The notes under the pieces are model-generated. The model was not told the DNA's origin. It ran no database searches and was given only the letters and a program-made list of their open reading frames with translations. From Chthoniobacteraceae bacterium (GTDB lineage: Bacteria; Verrucomicrobiota; Verrucomicrobiia; Chthoniobacterales; Chthoniobacteraceae), in the NCBI GenBank assembly GCA_031409655.1, contig JANNXQ010000222.1, forward strand, positions 1-12,528: 12,528 bases of DNA, in the 5' to 3' direction. Below are positions 6,631 through 12,528 of the stretch, in pieces; position 1 is the first letter of the stretch; the number at the start of each line of letters is the position of its first letter. The position numbers were made by a program, and so were the translations under genes.

Positions 6631-7017
6631 ATGTCTTCTCCCATCACCGAACTCTCCGGCTTGCGCGCCACGGTCGATCGCGTCGTCCACATGCCGCAGC
6701 TCGATGCTCCGGAGGAGCGCCCGCACCCTTTCGTTTATTTCATCACGATCCACAATGACTCGACGCAGACGGTGACGATCAAAGGACGCAAGTGGGTGGT
6801 CACGGACGCGGCTGGGCAGCGGCTCGTGGTGGAAGGCGATGGGGTGGTGGGGCAGATGCCGCGGCTCGAGCCGGGCGAACATTTTTCCTACAACAGCTAC
6901 CACACCATCGGCTCAGACAGTGAGGTGGAGGGGGCCTTCTTCGGCGTCACGGAGGAGGGCGAGGCCGTCTTCACGCGCATCCCGCAGTTTTCCCTGCACG
7001 CGCCGCCCGGAAGCTGA
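6631..7017 (+). CDS. apaG: ApaG domain protein
   Basis: FVYFITIHN.S..TV...GRKWVVTD, VEGDGVVGQMPRLEPGEHFSYNS (GxGVVGxxP signature), IPQF.L; 128 aa. Confidence 0.93.
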   Translation: MSSPITELSGLRATVDRVVHMPQLDAPEERPHPFVYFITIHNDSTQTVTIKGRKWVVTDAAGQRLVVEGDGVVGQMPRLEPGEHFSYNSYHTIGSDSEVEGAFFGVTEEGEAVFTRIPQFSLHAPPGS

Positions 7018-7022
7018 ACGCG

Positions 7023-7571
7023 CTACGAGCCTGTGATGACGAGGTGAACGCGCTGGTCGTGCGCGGCGGTGGGAAGGGCATCGAGGATCTGGCACTCGAA
7101 GCCCACGCCGATGCGGGCGACGGATACGGGGCACTGCGCGAGCAGGCGGTCGTAGTAGCCGCCACCGCGGCCGAGCCGATGACCGTCCCGGGTGAAGGCG
7201 AGACCGGGAACGAGGATCGCATCCAGCTCCGCTGGCCGCACCCGCGGGCAGGACGAAAACTCCGGGCCTTCGAGTTTCCAACCCGCCCGCACGAGCGCCG
7301 CACCATCGTCGATGCGGATGAGCTCCACGGTCTCGCCGACGATCCGCGGGAAGCAAAAAGCGGGGCCGTTTTCGCGCTCCCAGAGCGGCTGGATCTGCGG
7401 CTCGCTGAGCAGCGGCACGAAGGCGCAGACGAGCCGCGCGGCGCACCACTCTGGCCGGCTTTCGATGGTGCGACAGATGCGCTCCGAAGCGGACTGCTTT
7501 TCCCCGGAATCCAGCGCTCGGAGTCGGCAGCGGATTTCTTCGCGGAGCACGGCTTTGGTCACGGCCGCCAT
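7023..7571 (-). CDS. ygfA: 5-formyltetrahydrofolate cyclo-ligase (YgfA family)
   Basis: K..LR..IR..L N-terminus and ILVPGLAFTRDGHRLGRGGGYYDRLL, P..AHD..V..VIT. Start trimmed from 8033 to ATG at 7571; GTG at 7562 is an alternative. Confidence 0.94.
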   Translation of the reverse strand: MAAVTKAVLREEIRCRLRALDSGEKQSASERICRTIESRPEWCAARLVCAFVPLLSEPQIQPLWERENGPAFCFPRIVGETVELIRIDDGAALVRAGWKLEGPEFSSCPRVRPAELDAILVPGLAFTRDGHRLGRGGGYYDRLLAQCPVSVARIGVGFECQILDALPTAAHDQRVHLVITGS

Positions 7572-7610
7572 GGAACGGCGCACTTCGCCCGCTGGCAAGC
7601 GCACGAAGTC

Positions 7611-7640
7611 TTGGCGGGACCCGCGGCCTGCCCTTATAGT
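7611..7640 (+). promoter_or_regulatory. Putative sigma70-type promoter TTGGCG-N18-TATAGT for a leaderless MBL hydrolase mRNA
   Basis: Near-consensus -10 TATAGT at 7635-7640 in very GC-rich DNA, 7 nt before the in-frame GTG at 7648. Confidence 0.55.
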
Positions 7641-7647
7641 CCGCCCT

Positions 7648-8628
7648 GTGCCGAATCCGTTCGCCCCCAAACCTCGGAAAAAATCGGAGATCAAAAAATC
7701 GCCCAAGCCCAGCGCGCACCTCGCGGACGTCGCGAAGGGCGAGACCGCGGCGCGAAAGATCGGCCTCAAGCCGCAGAAGAACTGGCACAAACGAAACTTC
7801 TTCACCGAAGTACTGATCCCCTCGCTCTTTGAGAAGCGCGCCGGGCAGCACGCAAAGCCGGCCTTTCCAGACCTGACCGGCGACGAGATCGGGGTGACCT
7901 GGATCGGGCACGCCTCCTTCCTCATCCAGACGCAGGGGATGAATCTGCTCATCGATCCAAACTGGGCGCGCTGGCTGAAGGTGATCAAACGCGTGCGCCA
8001 CCCAGGCCTGAAGCTGCACGATCTGCCGGCCATCGATCTCGTGCTGGTGACCCACGCGCATTTCGATCATCTCGACCGCAAGACCCTGCGCGGCGTTGCG
8101 GCGGATCAGCCGATCGTCGTCCCCTTTGAGGTGGGAAATCTGGTCCATGATCTCGGCTTCCACACGGTGCATGAGCTGCACCACTGGGAGACTCATCAGC
8201 ATGGACCGGTGAAGATCACCTTCACCCCGGCCCACCACTGGGGCGCGCGCGTCTTGCATGACTCCCATCGCGGCTTCGGCGGCTTCATCATCGAGGCCGG
8301 CGGGCGGACGATCTACCACTGCGGCGACACCGCTTACTTCGAGGGCTTCGGCGAGATCGGGCGGCGGCATCCGATCGATGTCGCGCTCCTGCCCATCGGC
8401 GCCTACGACCCGCCGAGCGGGCGCGAGGTGCATATGAATCCCGAGGAGGCGCTCGATGCCTTTGTCGCGCTCGGGGCAAAACGCATGGTGCCGATGCACT
8501 ACGGCAGCTTCCGGCTGAGCTACGAGCCGCTCGATGAACCGCCCGAGCGCCTGATGCTGCACGCCCGCGAAAAGGGACTGGATGACCGCATCGTGGTCAT
8601 GCAGGAAGGTGTGCCGATGGTGTTCTGA
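7648..8628 (+). CDS. Metallo-beta-lactamase-fold hydrolase, NAPE-PLD/RomA-like
   Basis: TWIGHASFLI, LIDP.W, THAHFDHLD (HxHxDH), PAHHWGAR, YHCGDTAY, ALLPIGAY, HMNPEEA, VPMHYGSF. Start trimmed from 7192 to GTG at 7648 to avoid overlap with the divergent ygfA; the exact start is uncertain. Confidence 0.92.
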   Translation: MPNPFAPKPRKKSEIKKSPKPSAHLADVAKGETAARKIGLKPQKNWHKRNFFTEVLIPSLFEKRAGQHAKPAFPDLTGDEIGVTWIGHASFLIQTQGMNLLIDPNWARWLKVIKRVRHPGLKLHDLPAIDLVLVTHAHFDHLDRKTLRGVAADQPIVVPFEVGNLVHDLGFHTVHELHHWETHQHGPVKITFTPAHHWGARVLHDSHRGFGGFIIEAGGRTIYHCGDTAYFEGFGEIGRRHPIDVALLPIGAYDPPSGREVHMNPEEALDAFVALGAKRMVPMHYGSFRLSYEPLDEPPERLMLHAREKGLDDRIVVMQEGVPMVF

Positions 8629-8698
8629 CGCGCGGCGCCCGGGTTCTCTTCGTCCCGCGAAACGGAAGCAGAGGATGAGGAAGCGCTGAAGGCCGCGC

Positions 8699-11071
8699 CT
8701 ACTTCTTCGGCTCTTCCGCCTTCGCGACCGTCGCCTTGTCGATCCGCAGAATCCCGCCCTGGCCGAAGCTCGAGACCATGGGCTCGCCGTCTTTGACGAG
8801 CGTGAACTGAGCGAAGAGCTGCTTGTGCTGGCCGGATTGCGCATCCTTCGCGGCTTTGATCGGCACTTTCACTTCCTTGTCATCCTTCGTGAACTCCACT
8901 TCCTCCGCCGTGACCCCCGGCGGCAGGCCGAGCAGGGTGACCTTCGCCTTGCCGGCAAACTCGGCTTTGTGCTCGAGCTTCACGGTGATGTTCGTGCCAT
9001 CGCCTTGATCGCAAAAGGTGCGCTGGATCTGGCCGCTGACGAAAGGCGCGCCGACTTCGATCTCGCCGAGCTGCGTGCTCACCCACACCGGGCCTTTGCC
9101 GAAATCCGCATTGCCGACGACGCAGATCTTCCACTTGGCGAGGGCGGCGTCCCTGTTCGCGCTGATCGTCACGACGCCTTCGTCCTTCCCCTCGGGAATG
9201 ACCACCGTGCCCGCGGTGCCGATCCCCGGCGGCGAGTAGAGCAGCGCGAGATTGATCGGCCCCTTGAATTCACCCTTGCGCTCCGCCTTTACTTTCAAGG
9301 CCATCGAACCGCTTTGGAGGAGCGGCACCTTGGGCTGCTCGAGCGTGAGCTTCACCAGCGCCTCGTCCGTCACCGCGGCGGTGAGCCGGTCCTCCTGGAT
9401 GGAGTAATACGGACGCTGGTTTCCGTTCTCCGCGACATCGGTTTCCTGGGAGACGACGCTCGGAGTCTTGGCGGCTTCCGGAGGATTCGTGACCTTTGCC
9501 TGGATCTCGAAGGCGCGGGCCGAGATGGGCGCATCCGCCGCGGCCTCGAAGACGACCGGGATCGTGTCCACGCTTTTATCGATCGCTCCGGCTTTCACCT
9601 GGATGCCCGCGGGCAGATCCTTGGGCTCGATGACCACGTCGCCGCCCACGTCCCAACGCTTGATCCGCACGAGTGAAGCGTAGCGGTTGCCCTTTGGCAC
9701 CGGGATCGCGCGGCGGTCCTGGTTTTGATTCTGGGTCATCTCTGGGAGCCAGGTGGTGAGGCGCGGCGTGACGGTCTTCATTTCGATCCGGTAGATGAAA
9801 TTTGCGCCGCCCTGGAAAAGCTGGTCGCGGACGCCGAGGAAGAAATCGCCATCGGCGGGCGCCTTCCAGCGCAGGCTGCTGTCCGGCGTGCCGGCGTCGT
9901 CATTGGTCGCCAGGCGGTTGCCCTTGGCGTCGTAGATTTCCAGGATGCTATCGAGCGGCGAGCGTAGCTTCCGCGCATAGACCGTGACGTCGTAATCCTG
10001 CCCCTTCGTCGCGGTGACCTTGAAGCAATCGACGTCGCCCGGCTTCTCGATAATACCGTTGAAAGCGACCGGGAGCGCCTGCGCGGCCTGGGTCTTGGTG
10101 ATGTCGTCGTTCGGCTCGACCTCGAGCGCGTTCACCATGTCTGAGACGCGGATGTAGTTCGGCTGCGGCTGGGGCGCGTTCTGGCTGTCGTCGGCAAAGA
10201 CTTCAAACTGCTCGTCGGGCTCAGCCGGGAGTTGCACCTCCTTCTCGATCGGCCCACTCGGATCGCCGATGAATCTCAGCTTCACCGTCTGCCCGCTCGG
10301 ACCGCCGGGCGGATACGCCGCCAGGGGCCGCGGGAAGGACCCGATGTGCATCATGTAGGCGCACTCGCCAGGCCCGGCATTGGTCGAGTCCTTGATCATG
10401 ATCCGATACTTCCCATCCTCCGGCGCGATGATGCTGGCCACCGGATCCTGGCGGGAGAAAGGAATGTCATCGACCTCGGCGAGCAGCGTGCCGTCAGCTT
10501 TTGAGATCGTGATCGTCGGGTCGAAAATATTCTGCGTTTGCACTCGCACCCCGATGACCTCGGCACTGATCCGCTGCCCCTTTTTTACCTCGATCTCATA
10601 GATGTCCTGATCATCATTCTGCGCCCGGCCATAGACCGTCACGCCGAGCGGCACGGGCTGCGGCGCGTTGGGCTCTTCCTTCTTCGGCACCACTTCTTCC
10701 ACCATCGGGAAAGGCGACACGAAAAACAGCCGCACATCGCTGATCCCACTCGCCGTCACGAGCCGGAAGCGATGTTCCCCGAGCCGCACGTCCGGGGCGA
10801 CCTTTACCTTGGCCTTCACTCGGCCGCCCGTCACCGCGATGTCCGAAACCGTGAAGCCCGGGGTATCGAAGAGGAACTCACGGGCATCGGCGAGATTCGA
10901 CCCGCTGAGACTGATCTCCATCTCCCCACCGCGCTGCGCTCCTGCCGGAGAGACGTGCAGGAGCCGCGGCGTGCCGGCCTGCACCGTGGCGGTGAAAGTG
11001 AAGATGGCGGCGCTGACCAGGGCGCAGGCAAGAGGTCGGAAGGAAGGGCGCGTGGGCTTCGGGATTTTCAT
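8699..11071 (-). CDS. Secreted PPC (pre-peptidase C-terminal)/Ig-like repeat protein of PVC DUF1501 clusters (790 aa)
   Basis: Sec-type signal (MKIPK...ALVSAAIFTFTATVQA), P.GAQRG N-terminal motif, two PPC-like repeats (D.D.Y/F....KGQ...D.......G..LA..DD...D......AP.DG), EVEPND motif and C-terminal beta-rich modules. Start trimmed from 11212 to ATG at 11071. Confidence 0.85.
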   Translation of the reverse strand: MKIPKPTRPSFRPLACALVSAAIFTFTATVQAGTPRLLHVSPAGAQRGGEMEISLSGSNLADAREFLFDTPGFTVSDIAVTGGRVKAKVKVAPDVRLGEHRFRLVTASGISDVRLFFVSPFPMVEEVVPKKEEPNAPQPVPLGVTVYGRAQNDDQDIYEIEVKKGQRISAEVIGVRVQTQNIFDPTITISKADGTLLAEVDDIPFSRQDPVASIIAPEDGKYRIMIKDSTNAGPGECAYMMHIGSFPRPLAAYPPGGPSGQTVKLRFIGDPSGPIEKEVQLPAEPDEQFEVFADDSQNAPQPQPNYIRVSDMVNALEVEPNDDITKTQAAQALPVAFNGIIEKPGDVDCFKVTATKGQDYDVTVYARKLRSPLDSILEIYDAKGNRLATNDDAGTPDSSLRWKAPADGDFFLGVRDQLFQGGANFIYRIEMKTVTPRLTTWLPEMTQNQNQDRRAIPVPKGNRYASLVRIKRWDVGGDVVIEPKDLPAGIQVKAGAIDKSVDTIPVVFEAAADAPISARAFEIQAKVTNPPEAAKTPSVVSQETDVAENGNQRPYYSIQEDRLTAAVTDEALVKLTLEQPKVPLLQSGSMALKVKAERKGEFKGPINLALLYSPPGIGTAGTVVIPEGKDEGVVTISANRDAALAKWKICVVGNADFGKGPVWVSTQLGEIEVGAPFVSGQIQRTFCDQGDGTNITVKLEHKAEFAGKAKVTLLGLPPGVTAEEVEFTKDDKEVKVPIKAAKDAQSGQHKQLFAQFTLVKDGEPMVSSFGQGGILRIDKATVAKAEEPKK

Positions 11072-11087
11072 GGAGTGCGAGGGGTGG

Positions 11088-11140
11088 AAAAAAGAGGGAG
11101 CGGCAGCGGGAAAGCGGTGAGCTTTCCGCACCACCGCTCC
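11088..11140 (-). terminator. Putative intrinsic terminator between DUF1501 and the PPC gene
   Basis: Outer stem GGAGCGG (11097-11103) / CCGCTCC (11134-11140). Inner stem GCGGGAAAGC / GCTTTCCGC with one bulge. Followed on the minus strand by CTCTTTTTT. Confidence 0.6.
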
Positions 11141-11180
11141 GTTTCCTCCTTCGGAATTTTTGCGGCTGCGAGCGGCTGGC

Positions 11181-12518
11181 TTAGGCCAGCAAGTCCGTCT
11201 GGACCGTGCCATCCTTGACGATGGCTTGCGGACGCCCGCCGGGCGCCATGAGCCGCTTCTCCGGCTCGATGCCGAGCTGGTTGAAGACGGTCGCGGACAT
11301 GTTTTCCACCGTCAGCGGATCATTCTCCGGCTCCGCGCCCGTGGCGTCCGATGAGCCGTGGATGTAGCCGCGCTTGAAGCCGCCGCCGGCGAAGGCCACC
11401 GAGAAAACGCGCGGCCAGTGATCGCGACCCGCATCCTTGTTGATCTTCGGGGTGCGGCCAAATTCCGACGACACCATGACGAGGGTCTGATCGAGCATCC
11501 CGCGCCGATCGAGGTCCCGGATGAGCGCGGCGTAAGCCTGATCAAAGCTCGGCAGCGTGCGGTCCATACCCTTGGCGATGCCGGAGTGCATGTCCCAGCC
11601 ACCGTAAGTCAGCGACACGAAACGCACGCCGGACTCCACGAGGCGACGCGCCATGAGCATGCGCTGGCCCGCTTCGTTCTTGCCATATTCCGCACGGATG
11701 GCCTCGGGCTCAGCCGCGAGATTAAAGGCCTCGCGGGCCGCCGGGGCGGAGATCAGCGAGTAGGCCGCCTGGTAAAAACTGTCCATGGCCGTCAGCGCGT
11801 CGCTTTTTTCCAAAGTGCGGAAATGCTCGTCCACCGTGCCAAGGATGTCGCGGCGGCGATCAAACCGCTCCGGCGTGATGCCCTCGTGCATATTGAGGTC
11901 GCGCACTTTGAAACCGGCACTCGCCGGATCACTGCCGAGACTGAACGGTCCGAAGCTCGTGGAAAGATAGCCGGTGCTCGCAAATTCATTCGGCACATTC
12001 GGGATGCAGACGTAAGGCGGCAGACTGTTCCGGGAACCCAGCTCATGCGACACCACCGAACCCATCGACGGATACTGGATCGCCGGGCTCGGCCGGTACC
12101 CAGTGAACATATTGTGCGTGCCGCGCTCATGCGCCGCTTCGCCGTGGGTCATTGAGCGCACCACCGTGATCTTGTCCGCGATCTTCGCGGTCTGCTGCAT
12201 GTATTGGGAAAATTTCACCCCCGGGATCACCGTGTCCACAGTCCCAAGCGGGCCGCGATATTCGATCGGGGCGAAGGGCTTCGGATCCCACGTCTCCTGA
12301 TGCGCACAGCCACCGGGCAGATAGATATGGATGAGCGATTGCGCTTTCGCTTCGAGCTTGCTCCCCGCTGCGAGTTGCTCCGCGCGCAGCTTGAAAAAGC
12401 TCCCCATATTCAGGCCGATGCCACCGACGAGGCCGGCAAAGATGAATTCACGACGGGAGGTGCGGCGGAAATGCGCCGGATCTTCGAACCAGGTAACGGG
12501 TTTGATTTCTTCGCTCAT
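11181..12518 (-). CDS. DUF1501 family protein (long PVC type) with twin-arginine-like motif (445 aa)
   Basis: TSRREFIFAGLVGGIGL, A.SLIHIYLPGG..H.ETWDPKP, VVRSMTH...AH, YPSMGSVV, LMARRLVESGVRFV, GGWDMH, SEFGRTPKIN..AGRDHWP, GGGFKRG.I.GSSD. Confidence 0.93.
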   Translation of the reverse strand: MSEEIKPVTWFEDPAHFRRTSRREFIFAGLVGGIGLNMGSFFKLRAEQLAAGSKLEAKAQSLIHIYLPGGCAHQETWDPKPFAPIEYRGPLGTVDTVIPGVKFSQYMQQTAKIADKITVVRSMTHGEAAHERGTHNMFTGYRPSPAIQYPSMGSVVSHELGSRNSLPPYVCIPNVPNEFASTGYLSTSFGPFSLGSDPASAGFKVRDLNMHEGITPERFDRRRDILGTVDEHFRTLEKSDALTAMDSFYQAAYSLISAPAAREAFNLAAEPEAIRAEYGKNEAGQRMLMARRLVESGVRFVSLTYGGWDMHSGIAKGMDRTLPSFDQAYAALIRDLDRRGMLDQTLVMVSSEFGRTPKINKDAGRDHWPRVFSVAFAGGGFKRGYIHGSSDATGAEPENDPLTVENMSATVFNQLGIEPEKRLMAPGGRPQAIVKDGTVQTDLLA

Positions 12519-12528
12519 ACGATTGGAT

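Noticed and set aside
7572..7647. 6S RNA (ssrS), often found upstream of ygfA
   Set aside because: Only 76 nt separate ygfA from the divergent gene, too short for a 6S RNA.
7648..8628. Antibiotic-resistance beta-lactamase
   Set aside because: Motifs (GDTAY, LPIGAY, HMNPEEA, PMHYGSF) fit the NAPE-PLD-like hydrolases, and there is no signal peptide.
8629..8698. Bidirectional terminator between the convergent MBL and PPC genes
   Set aside because: Only an imperfect fold (GCGCGGC/GCCGCGC outer, TTCGTCC/GGATGAG inner) without a T-tract; too weak to call.
6913..8844. 643-aa minus-strand ORF
   Set aside because: Shadow frame across ygfA and the MBL hydrolase, both of which have clear family motifs.
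8699..11071. Active serine peptidase (common annotation for PPC proteins)
   Set aside because: No subtilase or other catalytic motif was recognised, only PPC/Ig-like modules.

Overview
GC-rich, gene-dense bacterial chromosomal segment. Gene content and the pyrimidine-rich, SD-less leaders suggest the PVC superphylum, most likely Verrucomicrobia (inference). Left end, minus strand: a three-gene operon of a membrane protein, a Tat-lipoprotein DUF1800 and a signal-less DUF1501. The DUF1501 runs off the window and is absent from the ORF track. The operon is preceded by an ECF-sigma-like promoter. Middle: an S41/CtpA-like protein lacking both catalytic residues, purD, thiD, apaG, 5-formyl-THF cyclo-ligase and a NAPE-PLD-like metallo-beta-lactamase-fold hydrolase. 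Right end, minus strand: a long Tat-type DUF1501 followed by a secreted PPC/Ig-repeat protein. Intergenic DNA holds two inverted heptamer-repeat elements, a REP-doublet-like palindrome, an intra-operon terminator and several sigma70-like promoters with very short or no leader. No RNA genes, CRISPR arrays or transposases were seen. All family assignments come from motif recognition, not from database searches.
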